From Mayamaea pseudoterrestris (Eukaryota), in assembly GCA_027923505.1 (NCBI GenBank), contig BROI01000009.1:124001-188000 (forward strand): a DNA stretch of 64,000 bases, given 5' to 3'. Within the stretch, counting starts at the first letter, position 1, and every line of letters starts with the position of its first letter. A program made the translations under genes and the position numbers. Below are positions 49,681 through 61,582 of the stretch, piece after piece. Below the pieces are notes generated by a model. It worked only from the letters and a program-made list of their open reading frames with translations. It was not told where the DNA came from and ran no database searches.

Positions 49681-52600
49681 ATGTCACCCATTAAACGTGC
49701 CTTTTCTGAGGAAAGTCCAGAATGGCCAGGCCTCGTTCCGAAACGACTGCGAGGCGGCGGCCCCATGGATTTTGACGCCGCTGAGTTTGAACCAGCCGAG
49801 GAGGAAGACTTTTTCGTGGAGGAAGACGAAGCTGAACACATTCCCGAGGAAGTCTTGCGCGAAGCTGCACGCGTCGTTTCCGAATCGGAAAAGGTTCGTT
49901 GGACGCGACCTCCAGTCAGCGCAGAGCGACTGACGAACCAGCTTGATTTAAATTTGCAGTGGCTCGACATGGACGTATTCACTGGACAACCGCTCACGCA
50001 GAATCCTAATTCAGCGAAACCAGTCATTGGTCGGAAGGAGGGAGCTGTCCCTGTTTTGCGAACGTATGGAGTCGACGAGAATGGACATTCGGTTTCCGTC
50101 TACATTCATGGATTCACTCCGTACTGCTACTTTGCACTGCCGCCTGGATATGAGCTGACGGATGAGGCGTATCTGGGACGCATTCGCGATGAGCTCACCT
50201 TGCGTCTGCAGGGAGCGGCCAAGGGTGCGGCTGCCAAGGATGCGGCCGTACTGGGTGTCACGTACGAGCAAAACTTCCGAAGCATTATGGGTTTTAATGC
50301 GCCGCATGAAAGCTTTTTCAAGGTTTTTGTTAGCCTGCCTGGTCTCATTCCGACTTTGAAACGCATCATGGAGGAAGGCATCTCGTTGGATGGAGTCGGA
50401 CTAACGACTGGTCATACCAATGGTGGCATGATGCCTTGCTACACACCATTTGAATGCAACGTCCCTCACGTGCTTCGCTTCATGGTGGACCGCGACATCG
50501 GGGGCGCTGGCTGGCTCACCTTGCCGGCAAACACATATCGTGTGCGACGCGATGCTGAAAAGGAAACTCATTGTCAGGTATGTGTGTTCGTTGTTAAACC
50601 ATCAGTGGCTACAAGTCCTTACATTTGCGTTCCGTTTCCATCGCGTAGATCGAAGCTGACATCGTTTACAACGAGCTCTTGGTGCGCCCATCGGAAGGAG
50701 AATGGAGCAAGATGGCTCCACTTCGTGTTCTCTCTTTTGATATTGAGTGTCAAGGCCGCAAAGGGCATTTTCCGGAAGCAGAAAAAGACCCGGTCATCCA
50801 GATTGCCAATTGCGTGAGTGTCTACGGCCAAGACGAACCTATTATACGCAACGTATTCACATTGGGCGGATGCTTACCCATTGTCGGGGCCCAGGTCATT
50901 ACCTCGGACAAGGAGGAAGACATGCTTGTAAAGTGGCGTGCGTTTCTAGAGGCTGTCGATCCTGATTTGATTACTGGATACAACGTCCAAAATTTTGACA
51001 TCCCATACCTCTTGAACCGAGCTGAGCAGCTTGCGAAGGAAAGCTCACATCGAAAGAACATCCTTAAATACTTTGGTCAGTGGGGACGGATCCGCAATAC
51101 CAAAGCAAAGATGAAAGATACCATGTTTTCATCTAGTGCGTATGGCCGACGGTCCAATGTGGAAACTACGATAGAGGGACGTGTCATTTTTGACATGTTG
51201 CCCTATATGCAGAGAAACCACAAACTCAGCTCGTACTCGCTCAACTCTGTTTGCGCAGAGTTCCTCAATAACCAACAGAAGGAAGATGTGCATCACAGCA
51301 TCATTTCTGACCTTCAAAATGGTTGCGACGAAGATCGGCATCGCCTTGCTGTCTACTGTCTCAAGGATGCGCTGCTTCCCCAAAGGCTAATGGACAAGCT
51401 GAGCGTCCTTGTCAATTACATTGAAATGGCTCGCGTAACTGGTGTCCCTGTTTCCTTTCTCATATCGCGTGGCCAGCAGATCAAAGTGTTTTCCATGTTG
51501 CTCCGAAAGTGTCGACGTGAGAAGCTTTTAATACCCACTCTTCGGAAGAGCGGAATGAACGACGATGTTGGCTACGAAGGTGCTACGGTATTGGACCCAA
51601 TTAAGGGCTACTACGAGACTCCAGTTGCTACTTTGGATTTCGCGTCGCTATACCCATCTATCATGCAAGCGTACAATCTCTGCTATTCCACTCTTGTGGC
51701 GCCTCAAGATGTTGGAAGACTTGATCCGTCGATGTACCAGAAGAGCGACAATGGGCATGTCTTTGTGCACTCAACAGTGAAGAAAGGGATTCTTCCGACG
51801 ATTCTAGATGAGCTCCTTGCGGCTCGTAAGCGAGCCAAGAAGGATATGAAGAATGCGAAAAATGAATTTGAGCGCGCTGTACAAAATGGCCGTCAGCTCG
51901 CCTTGAAGGTTTCGGCAAACTCTGTTTACGGCTTTACTGGAGCAACTGTCGGCCAGTTGCCATGCGTTCCAATTGCATCCTCCGTCACTAGCTATGGTCG
52001 CATGCTACTTGAAAAGACCAAGGCATTTGTTGAAGAGACGTACACGAAGGCTAATGGATTCGAGCACGATGCTGTCGTTATTTACGGTGACACTGATTCT
52101 GTATTTGTCAAATTCGGTACTGAAACGGTTGAGAGCACATTCCCTGTCGCCATTGAGGCTGCCAAGAAGGCGTCTGACATTTTCCCAGATCCTATCTTGC
52201 TCGAGTTCGAGAAGGTGTATTATCCAATGCTTTTGATGTAAGTGCATGCCTGGTGATGAGTTTGTGTCGACGCAGTAGCCTCACTGGACAAACCATTTCT
52301 ACATAGGAACAAGAAGCGATACGCTGGTCTGATGTGGACAGAGATGGACAAGCATGACAAGATGGATACGAAAGGACTTGAAACTGTTCGTCGCGATAAT
52401 TGTGCCTTGGTTCGCGAACTCATTCAGACTTCACTGGATAAGATTCTCATTGATCGGAACGTTCCAGGCGCTATTTCGTTTGTCAAGAATCAAATTTCGG
52501 ATCTGCTACAGAACAAGATGGATATCTCTCAGCTTGTGATAACCAAGTCACTTAACAAGGGTGCAGAGTATGCCCTTGGCCTTGGTGGCAAGAAGGACGA

Positions 52601-53237
52601 CTACAAAGTTAAGCAGGCTCATGTTGAGCTCGCTGCACGAATGCGAAAGCGGGATGCAGGCTCGGCTCCGCAGATGGGTGACCGTGTTCCGTACGTCGTA
52701 ATAACCGGCGCTAAAGGAGCAGCAAATTACGACAAGGCAGAAGATCCGATCTATGCGCTTGAGAATAACCTTCCGATTGACTGCCAGTGGTACTTAAGCA
52801 ATCAGCTATCCAAACCTTTGACCCGGGTTTTTGAAGGCATTTTGACTGATCCAGAAAAGACACTGCTCCAAGGCGAACATACGCGAAAAATCTTCATCCC
52901 CACGCCCTCTGCGCGGAAAGGAAGTCTCATGATGTTTGCAGTGAAGTCTGTTCAATGTCTTGGCTGCAAAACTGGGATGACGGACACATCGAAGGGCTAT
53001 TTATGTAGGCACTGTGCCCCTCGAGAAGCCCAAATTTATCTTGAGAAGCTTGCCGTGTTGCGAGAGGCTGAACTTCGATACGCTAATCTATGGTCTGCCG
53101 CGCAGCGCATTCATGCTACCGTTCACAGTGACATCATGTGCACGGGCGACGGCTGTCTTTGTCAGTTTTATCGACGCAAGAAAGTGCAGCAAGACATCAA
53201 GCTGGCGCAGGAGATCTTGGACAGATTTGGTCGCTAA
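49681..53237 (+). CDS. POLD1: DNA polymerase delta catalytic subunit (family B), 3 exons
   Basis: Exons 49681-50577, 50649-52237 and 52307-53237 with GT-AG introns in frame. Exonuclease motifs SFDIEC, GYNVQNFDIPY and YCLKDA. Polymerase motifs LDFASLYPSIM, RQLALKVSANSVYGFTG, YGDTDS, NKKRYAG and KGLETVRRDNC. C-terminal Cys motifs are present. Confidence 0.97.
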
Positions 53238-53336
53238 TAGTACGATCACTATCCATAGTACCCTTTGGGCTGCCTTAAGATTGAAAGTTTTTATTTAAAG
53301 ATAGACTCGCTCTTTACGGCATTAAAAGAAGTCTTG

Positions 53337-55868
53337 CTACTCCTTGTTCGGATGAAATTTGTACTCCAAGCCATCATTGTGGAATAATCGTGCCACTATC
53401 GTGTTACAGGCAATCTCTTGTCGCTTATCCGTAGGCTTTTGCTTCAATGGCGCTCCTCCTTGCACTACTGCACGAGGCCGCAACGTGTGTGGCGCCATTA
53501 TCTGCTCGCCAGAGTCGGACACATCTTGCACCCAGCCCCTGCCGTCCTTCAAACGAAGCCACGACGTCCTTTCGCCCGCTGGTCTGACTCGTTCCGTGAT
53601 GGCTACAGTCTCTGATTGGAGCAACACGACGTTAGTCTTTGCAGCCGCAATCCTTGGCCCCCGTCGTACGGCAATACCATTGCTTGAAAGCACAGTATAC
53701 CGCCAGCCTTGCTTGTGGCGTTCAATTCTCGGCTCAGTGGCGCATTCCTCCAAGAAAAGTTCCTGTTCATCGAACACGTTCACCCACTCGGCTTGAACTG
53801 TGAGGCTTGCAAGAGACCTAAACCTCTGAACCGGTTTGTGCAAGCGGACATGCCTATTTCTATAGAGCTTGGCAAAGCATTCCACTGGGTCGCCGGCCTC
53901 GTTAAAGATAGTCATGACTTCGGATGCCCGGAGAAATTCGCCACATTCAAAGCGAAAGTACACTCCGTCCCCCGATTTAATGGAGGGAGCTCGTTTCGAT
54001 GGACCAAGCCGTACCTTGATTCCCCCAATAGCTTGAACCCGGAACCAGAATGATCCAAATCTAATTTCCGGAGGTGGTACACACGTTGACACACTCTTAC
54101 CAGCTTGTGACAGAGGTAACCATCCTTGACCGCCACGCAATCTAGCATATAACGTCTCAAGCTGATTGGCAGCACCTTCATCTGGCCTTTCGACCTCCAG
54201 TACCAAGCCACAAGCAATCACATTGCTGCAAGTAAGCGAGTCGGCTGGACGACGCGGCGGAGGCGCTCGTTGATTCTGCGTGACGCTTCGGTCAGCCTTC
54301 CTTGTTGGTGTACGAAACATTGCGTCAATAAAGGAGCTACCGACGGATGAAGCTACATCGGTATCTTTACTGCACAATTGCGTAATTTTTAATTCTCGAT
54401 GAACAGACGAGCCATGCGATGATAGGGACGCCGTTTCATTGTCCTCGAACGACATAGGTGGAATGGGTGGTGGGCAGGCAATTTGGACCCCGCTGCGTGC
54501 ATGCACTCTTACCCAGAGGGTCTTAAAACTTGCTGCTTGCACAGGAGCGTACTCTTTAGCAATTTCAAAGTAGTCATCAACAGCGGCACAACCGACCTCT
54601 TCGAATGCTGTACTTGCATGTCCATCTGCACAGCTCAGTTCCGCGTCAGATAAGAGTCGGTACTGCGCTTCTAACTCGTCAAATTGAGGAACGATCGCCC
54701 AACCGCTATTGTCGGATAGTTTGATGAGTCCTGCACCTTGATCATAACCCCCCGTGTTCTCCATGCGTCGGGAAGCTTCAAAGTAAGAACCGCGACGAAT
54801 GATTCGTGTCTTTAAAAACGAGTCAAACACCGCGGAGTTAGTATTGTTGCTCGCCCCGGCAGTTCCAAGCCTACCTTGATGCGATAATTTCGAGTCGCCC
54901 AGGGTGCTGAACGCGTTTAACGGAGTTAACAGGCAGCCGCCATGATGCTTTCCGTATATGAGGTTATTCACCTGCGTCTGTGGCGCGTCCAGTACTTTTA
55001 GGCCACGCGGAGCAGTGACCCGCATCAGATAGAACGTGCGACATTGGGCTGGTGGGTGTGATGATTGTTTAACGGGTGCAACACTGTTAGATGACAACAA
55101 ATTAGGTCCCATCACTTGGTCAGCAAGCTCCTGATTAATCGAGGCATCGTCAGACATCATTGAAACGTTGGAGGATGGCGTCATAACGAGTGCATCGTCC
55201 TGGCGGTTTTTATCGGCCTTGCTTCTATCCTTGACGAGCGTCGTGAATGGCGTTGATTGTTTCGCAATAGCTCCACCGACAATGTGCCTTGGAAAGGTGA
55301 TTGAGTCTCTGCCGTTCACGAATTGCCGCCTCGGAGGTCGATGACGCATTCTTGCCGCGACGGAACATAATGTCACGGCGGATACCGACGAAATGGCGAC
55401 GGAAGATCCAACGGAGTGAGATGCAATGCTGTCGCCTCCTTTACACGTTTCTGCGGAAATTTCCTTGACAACCGGCACAAAGTAGGCCCGATGGTGATCA
55501 CTGCTCTGAATAAGTTTTCGATCGGCAATCCAGCCCCGGCGATGCGACAACCTCAAAAAGTATAGGTCTTCCGTCTCCGTGTCGAGTGTAATCTTGAGGG
55601 AAAATTCATGAATCGTGCCCGGAAGTAATACCGCCTTGTTTTTTGGAGCGTCGAAGGAAGGACCCGCTAAAATCTGTATTGGCGACGTTGATACGACTCT
55701 ATACATAAATTTTCCCGACTTGGACATTGGAGTGGTCAATAGCTCTTCTACAATGACAATATTGTTCTGACGTGCCAACAAATATCCAACATGTTGCGGC
55801 CGCGTCTGATCTGTCAATGTACCATCATTGATGTTTCTGCCCAACATCGTCGTTGTATTCGTGTTCAT
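53337..55868 (-). CDS. Large hypothetical protein with repeated SH3b-like modules (843-aa ORF, probably the 3' part of a longer gene)
   Basis: A module YRV...GI.VR.GP...A......L..GE......WLRL.DG.GW recurs about five times (for example FLRLSHRRGWI, IKLSDNSGWA, ARLRGGQGWL, WLRLKDGRGWV), separated by Ser-rich linkers. Confidence 0.7.
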   Translation of the reverse strand: MNTNTTTMLGRNINDGTLTDQTRPQHVGYLLARQNNIVIVEELLTTPMSKSGKFMYRVVSTSPIQILAGPSFDAPKNKAVLLPGTIHEFSLKITLDTETEDLYFLRLSHRRGWIADRKLIQSSDHHRAYFVPVVKEISAETCKGGDSIASHSVGSSVAISSVSAVTLCSVAARMRHRPPRRQFVNGRDSITFPRHIVGGAIAKQSTPFTTLVKDRSKADKNRQDDALVMTPSSNVSMMSDDASINQELADQVMGPNLLSSNSVAPVKQSSHPPAQCRTFYLMRVTAPRGLKVLDAPQTQVNNLIYGKHHGGCLLTPLNAFSTLGDSKLSHQGRLGTAGASNNTNSAVFDSFLKTRIIRRGSYFEASRRMENTGGYDQGAGLIKLSDNSGWAIVPQFDELEAQYRLLSDAELSCADGHASTAFEEVGCAAVDDYFEIAKEYAPVQAASFKTLWVRVHARSGVQIACPPPIPPMSFEDNETASLSSHGSSVHRELKITQLCSKDTDVASSVGSSFIDAMFRTPTRKADRSVTQNQRAPPPRRPADSLTCSNVIACGLVLEVERPDEGAANQLETLYARLRGGQGWLPLSQAGKSVSTCVPPPEIRFGSFWFRVQAIGGIKVRLGPSKRAPSIKSGDGVYFRFECGEFLRASEVMTIFNEAGDPVECFAKLYRNRHVRLHKPVQRFRSLASLTVQAEWVNVFDEQELFLEECATEPRIERHKQGWRYTVLSSNGIAVRRGPRIAAAKTNVVLLQSETVAITERVRPAGERTSWLRLKDGRGWVQDVSDSGEQIMAPHTLRPRAVVQGGAPLKQKPTDKRQEIACNTIVARLFHNDGLEYKFHPNKE

Positions 55869-56772
55869 TCATCAAGGACGACCTCCCAGTTGTATATTGT
55901 TGCGTGCACGATCTCCGCGGCGTCTTGGAGTCATCTAATTCATCGATATCAGCTGGTGCGCATAAAGGAGGATCATTACACGAATCCATGGCGTAGCCGC
56001 CCGTGAGGACGCCGTCTATACGAATAAAAGTGTCGATTTGACTCGCAGTGGCAGCTGCATTTATACAAACATCGTAAGCGATATCTTCATGTGTGCCGTC
56101 TTGGATAAGGCAACTCGCGCCGTCTTCGTCGGACAAGCCATTAGTTTGGAGACAACGTCGTCTTGCCCTCGGTTTATTGTCGACGGCACATGACGATGTC
56201 AATATTTGGCGACTGAAAAAGACCTCTCCATATCCAAGGTACCACCCGGTCCGAGGAGCGCCCACCATTGGGTGCGAAAGTATGTTGGCGATTCCTTTGT
56301 ATCGAATGCGATAATATCGAATCGGACAATTGTCACTATCGTGCTGCTGTTCAAGGTGACACCGTCTGGAAGGAATGGGCAAGCTCTCGTTATTGCCAAA
56401 GTTCTCCTCGTCTGCTTCACCCCCATGACTCGAAGGAGACATGTAAGGACGTCTTCCCAAAACTTCTAACAAAGATTGGTAAGATGGACTTTCATCCAAG
56501 CATGCGTTTAACCGAGGCAGCTCGTCGTGGATAGCCATACCATGCAGATGTTGAACGGGAAGCTGCTGTAGGGGTTGGACCACTCTGACTTCATGCATTA
56601 GCTTTTCATCATCTTCATCGTTCTCGTCATCCGTTATATGTATCAATGAGTCAATATCCTTTTTCTCCTCAAGTCCTCGTCGACCAAAGCGTTTCTCAAA
56701 GGCGTCTCGTCTCGAACGGTGATCTACGCGTGAGCAAAAAGCGCCGGCGTTTGATGCTGCCAGTGAGTCCAT
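55825..56772 (-). CDS. Hypothetical protein, 315-aa ORF, likely the 5' part of the SH3b-like repeat gene
   Basis: Same strand, overlapping the 843-aa ORF by 44 bp in another frame. It contains the start of a similar module (YYRIRYKG..ILSHP...LGYGEVF...FIRID). Confidence 0.55.
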   Translation of the reverse strand: MDSLAASNAGAFCSRVDHRSRRDAFEKRFGRRGLEEKKDIDSLIHITDDENDEDDEKLMHEVRVVQPLQQLPVQHLHGMAIHDELPRLNACLDESPSYQSLLEVLGRRPYMSPSSHGGEADEENFGNNESLPIPSRRCHLEQQHDSDNCPIRYYRIRYKGIANILSHPMVGAPRTGWYLGYGEVFFSRQILTSSCAVDNKPRARRRCLQTNGLSDEDGASCLIQDGTHEDIAYDVCINAAATASQIDTFIRIDGVLTGGYAMDSCNDPPLCAPADIDELDDSKTPRRSCTQQYTTGRSSLMNEHEYNDDVGQKHQ

Positions 56773-57138
56773 CGTCCTTCCGACTTTACAGTCAATACAC
56801 CAATACTTTTATTGCAATGGTAGCGGTTACCATCCTTGATGGAAGTGGTTGTCTATGCTGCAAACAAACAAACACACATTGGCTCTTGCCTCTTGCCCAC
56901 GTTCCGTCCCGGGCTGGCGCGCATTTTCCGTCGCGCCTAACCTAAACTTATGTCGTAGCGGTTTTAGTTTTTCTCAAGAGCCAACGCCTGCCCAACTTTG
57001 TCGAGCGAGCCGACACGAATTAATTCACACGAATCGATGCATCGGTTGAGACGCAACAGCATGTTGTTACAACATCATTTGCTCAGCGCGCCTCTCAGAA
57101 ATTCAACACAACGATTACCTAAATCATTAAAGTAAGGC

Positions 57139-58200
57139 ATGGCAACTCTTGTCGGTCACTCATGGGGAAGTCCATCAGGTGTCGGATTCTCTAGTAGCCG
57201 AGGACGCAATCAACCAACGCACGAGGACATGATTGAACAGTGGTGGGACGTTTCAACTCAGGCCTTGGTGGCTCGCTGCATGCGCAAGCATCACTGGACA
57301 CTAGCCTTTGGCCAGCGATGTCTTCGAGGGTACCGGCAGTTTATGGAGCTTAAGACGGTTATGAACGATTGGACCGATGTGCAGCTGGCCGCGCCCATGG
57401 CAATCAATGTTATGTGGGAGGAACATATTTTAGACGCTCTCCGGTACTCCAATGACTGCAGTTTGCTGTTTGGTCACACGATTGGATATGATCCCGATGC
57501 AAGCTTGAACGATGGCGCATGGGTCAATCGCATCAAAACAACCAAAATTGCCTTCCAAGCCAGATTTGGTGATGACATGGATCAGGATGTATGGAATTGG
57601 GGTGATGTTGAATATGGCATGAACGAATCCACGCCGATGAATGTCGACAATGGTGGCCATTTGGGCGTGTCACACATGGGACGTCTACCCGTGGCGCCAG
57701 TCGACCGAAGCAGCGTCATAGATGGTAATTCTTTTAAAGCTCGTCAGAGCACAATACAAAGTCATCCGTGCGTGACAACACAGACGGAAGACTCGGACGA
57801 CGCTCATACGCCTCGCAAGTATACTCGGGCTGTCTCGCCAGCACGATCGTCGCCAACAACAACTCAGCAGCGGCGATCAGCGTCTCCTGTTCGCGCTAGG
57901 GCTCATGCGCTGGCTTCTAAAGCAGCGTCACACTCGCCGAAACCGTCAACTCCCACGGGAAACGACCCCATTACTATTCACTTGAAGGATCAAGATACGG
58001 GCGAACAAACCTACTTTTCGCTGCGCTATCGCATCCCCTTGCGCGTCATGTTTGCCGTTTATGCTGAGCGCAAAAATATTGACCAAGACAAGCTGCGATT
58101 CAGTTACAATGGACAGTCATTGACTGGATATGAAACGCCCTATAGTATTGGAATGGATGAGGGTGAGCACATTGATGTGCAAATCAATGGGCGAAGGTAA
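57139..58200 (+). CDS. Glycine-rich-domain-protein (GRDP)-like N-terminal domain fused to a C-terminal SUMO-like domain, 353 aa
   Basis: The N-terminal YRQFMELK...LAAPMAINVMWEEHILD...Y..DC..LFG..I.YDP resembles GRDP-type domains. The C-terminal ITIHLKDQDTGEQTYF..RYRIPLRVMFAVYAERK...LRFSYNGQ.L...ETP..IGMDEGEHIDV is a SUMO fold. Confidence 0.75.
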   Translation: MATLVGHSWGSPSGVGFSSSRGRNQPTHEDMIEQWWDVSTQALVARCMRKHHWTLAFGQRCLRGYRQFMELKTVMNDWTDVQLAAPMAINVMWEEHILDALRYSNDCSLLFGHTIGYDPDASLNDGAWVNRIKTTKIAFQARFGDDMDQDVWNWGDVEYGMNESTPMNVDNGGHLGVSHMGRLPVAPVDRSSVIDGNSFKARQSTIQSHPCVTTQTEDSDDAHTPRKYTRAVSPARSSPTTTQQRRSASPVRARAHALASKAASHSPKPSTPTGNDPITIHLKDQDTGEQTYFSLRYRIPLRVMFAVYAERKNIDQDKLRFSYNGQSLTGYETPYSIGMDEGEHIDVQINGRR

Positions 58201-58403
58201 ACAAAATGTCAAGTCATGCCAGATACACGTGATTTAATTGACTCATTCTTGTAGCTTAATAATCTCAAAAGTCAATGTTGTACATCTGTGGTTCAGTAGG
58301 ATGAATTTCATTGCGAAGGAGCAAATAATGTATTTAACAAGTTGTACAGTAATTTTCTCTCCGTCATTACTGCTGGCAAAAGCCAACTACTTTCTATCGA
58401 ATA

Positions 58404-59814
58404 CTACAGTTGCGGCCATTCGTAACTGTTATTTTGCGCCTTCCCAGTCTTCAAGTCACAAAATATCCTCATAGCCTTCGTGTATAAATCGCGCTCCAGC
58501 GTCTTGTCGGTCCCTTTAGCGTCGCTTTCGTAGTCATAAATGTCGCAATTTCCGTCGTACTTTTCCAAAACGGCCCGGCCAGCATTCTCGTCGGCCTTGT
58601 TGTGTTGCAAGGCCCTATCCACAAACCGATCGACATCGTCCTGTGTCAAGTCATGCGGAGGCTTGGGAACGTGGCACTGATCAGTAAGTTCGCGGGAAAT
58701 GCGCTTGATCTCGTCCAGCGGCTCGGCCAAAATGGCTTCGTTGCTCGAGTGAACAATGCAAAGGCCCCGACTGTTATCTAATGCTGCCTTATTGTACAAG
58801 ATCCACAGCCGCAAACCTCGGGAAATAGGCATTTCCTCGCGTGTTTTCAATGACTTCGCGACTTCAAGCGGATGCCGATACGTAAAGACAATTGCCGGTT
58901 CATTGTTCATGAGGGGAAGCCATGTTTTTAACGTAAGGCACTGTCTGGGATCCTTTTGAAGCCACGGCGAGTTGTGTGGGTCATTGTAGAACTTTAACGC
59001 TTTTTTGCCGTTGGTAAAGTCAATGGTACCATCCTTTTTCATTTGAAGTGCCTTTTCGGTGTCGTAATCGACAATGTTCAAGTTCCACCAGACGGACTGT
59101 TTGTTCATGAACTCGTCATTCTGGTACACAACGTCAAGACGCTCAAAGAAGCCTTTGACGTTATCAAAAGCACCTGCAATACAAAATAAAAGAAGCGGAA
59201 AGAGACGAAATGAGTCCACAAGTTTGCGTCGTGGAATATGCAAGCATCAGACGACACTTACCTCCGATCAATGGACCGCCCGTAATATATCCCATGCCCG
59301 TCGCCATTAACCCAGCCAGCATGCTGGTACCACTTCGATGCATACCCAGAACCATGAAGCCAGCCCGTTCGCCCAATTTAACAGGAGCTCCTACGCCACC
59401 TCCATCCACTTTGTTCTGTTGCATATCCTCGTGCTTATTCGTCCGCAGTCTCAGCATCTCCTGGTCAGCCGCCTCCATCAGATGCTTGTCTGTCAAATGT
59501 TCCGAGTGTCTGCCTTCCGCTACGAGTTGCCCTGGAGTATGCGGCAACTGCTTGACCTTTTCCACCGCTCGCTTCAACACTGGTTTTAAAATAGCTCCTC
59601 GTTGAATGTGCTGTTCATGCGGAGCCTCCTGCTTGAGCAAAGGAAATATTACCAATAACACTAACGCGTATATAAAAACGAATAATATCAAACAAACTGT
59701 AATGTTTCTGCCAAATGTCAAGTAGGAGGCGAACTGCTGCTCTTGAATGGCTCTGCGCCGTCGCCGCGATGAAACTGCAGGACGAGCGTGTATTTTTGGG
59801 GATGGCGTTTCCAT
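58404..59814 (-). CDS. Sulfotransferase-family protein, type II membrane, 2 exons
   Basis: N-terminal TM anchor and PAPS-binding-like VLGMHRSGTSML. Intron 59261-59174 joins LIGG/AFDNVKGFFE in frame, followed by KDPR and YRHPLEVAKSL. Confidence 0.8.
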
Positions 59815-60241
59815 AAGAATTCAATGATCTGCGCGTCTGTACCAATTCGTACCATAAATTACGTCTGCACGAATGACCAACCATCAAGAAGTGGGTTTGC
59901 CATGGTCATCAGCGTTGGGTTCAGAAATCTAACAGGTCGTACCGGTATCAACTTGATTGTCTTTCCGGTACTCCGTTCAACGCACCGCAAATGGACATAC
60001 ATCACGACCATGGCGAATGGCGGGGCGTCGTCATCGCGCACCCTTGTATGTAACATTCGATTAAGGGTGCAACTGGCGAGTCGACAGCGTTCGAAACCGT
60101 TGCGCGGCAACCATCGTTTGATGTTTCAATGCTGTTTCTTTCACGTTGTCAAACAAAGGAGACGATCGGAGTCCTTGGAATCTGCTATATCTCGTATCGT
60201 TCCGGATGCCACTTGCTTCGACTTTAAGAGAACTATAGACG

Positions 60242-61582
60242 ATGACAACCGCAAACAATCTCACTATTCTAATAATAGCATGGTTGCTTCCTAAATGGGG
60301 TTTTGCCAATGATACACCGCTCTTGAATGTCCAAGACTCCTCTCTACTTACGTCTCGACGAACCGATCGATTACTAACCGAGTTCACGGCCGGCGTCATT
60401 TGCTCGGTCGCTGAAAACGGTGTATCTACTGCTGCTGAAACAGAATTACACACAATCAACTTTTATTATGCATTGGGGACGAAAAATGTCACTAGTGTTG
60501 ATGCTTTACAAACTTTTGAACTGCAGCAGAAACTCTTTCACGCCGTCGAACGATCCATAGCATGGTGCTACGAGGAGCCGATCGGTACTTTTAGTGCGGC
60601 GAATGATAAAACTAGACGCAGAATGTTGAGACAGACGCGACGGAATCTTGGCATACTGGCTGTTAGCGTCGGCCCGACGGTATCAAACGTTGGTACGTAG
60701 TTGGTGTCGTGTGTCATATATCTTGGACTGAACTTGCGCAGAATCATCTACTAGCGCGACATACAGAAGAACTTCAATAGCATGAACGGCCTAAAGACAA
60801 CCCTCACATACTCTTTTTTTGCAGGCAATTGCACCAGCTCTGAGAACATCAACACTTTCATGAGTGAGACTGGAGCAGATCACTGTCAAATGAACGAAGG
60901 AAGCATACGTGTCTTGGTGCATGCTGGCAACACGCTAAACTACATGTCGTCAGTTCTTTTAGACACTTTGCGGACGGCGCTCAACGACGATTTAGTCTGG
61001 AAGGACTGGAAGGCGGAATTAAAAGGCATCTCTTTTCTTGCCTACTATGGTGCCTCCTTGGAGGAAGACGATGGAGGAAGTGCTGCAGCCGTTGCTGGTA
61101 GCGGGGCCGGTGTAGGACTTTTGCTTGGTATTGGAATCCCCATCATTCTTCTGCTACTCCTCCTCGGCTTTGTTAAATCGGGCACTAGGCGAGAGCAGGT
61201 GACGCAACGCCAATTCAATCACATGATGAAATCAGATTTTGTATTGTCTGGGACGGGTGATGCTCCTGGAAGCTTTCACCAGGGCTTGTATCACTACATG
61301 CGTGACGGAACTAGGTACCTTTCAACTAACTGCGAAGGATGCTTGGAGACTCGACGAAACAGCTATTTCGCAGATGATGGTCTGGGCACAATTATGGAAG
61401 GCACTGTGTTTCAGGAGAATATGCTCGTGAGTGCCAGCTGTACGAATCTTGGCAAGCGAACGTCCAATATGGATGTGCACAAGTGCACTAGCTCGACTTG
61501 TCAACGATGTTTTCCGCCAGCAAACGGTGGGACAAGGTTTATTCCGGCGCTCGGCGAATGGCAGGTTTTTGCTGAAGCGTGA
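60242..61582 (+). CDS. Hypothetical type I membrane protein with Cys-rich cytosolic tail, 2 exons
   Basis: Signal-like N-terminus, intron 60693-60824 in frame (VG/NCT), TM segment VGLLLGIGIPIILLLLLLGFV, and a tail with CEGC and DVHKCTSSTCQRC. Confidence 0.7.

Noticed and set aside
44791..58200. MAD2, POLD1 and a SUMO-like gene beside the satellite as a functional chromosome-maintenance cluster
   Set aside because: They are interspersed with unrelated genes, and eukaryotic neighbours are usually not functionally linked. Nothing in the sequence supports co-regulation.
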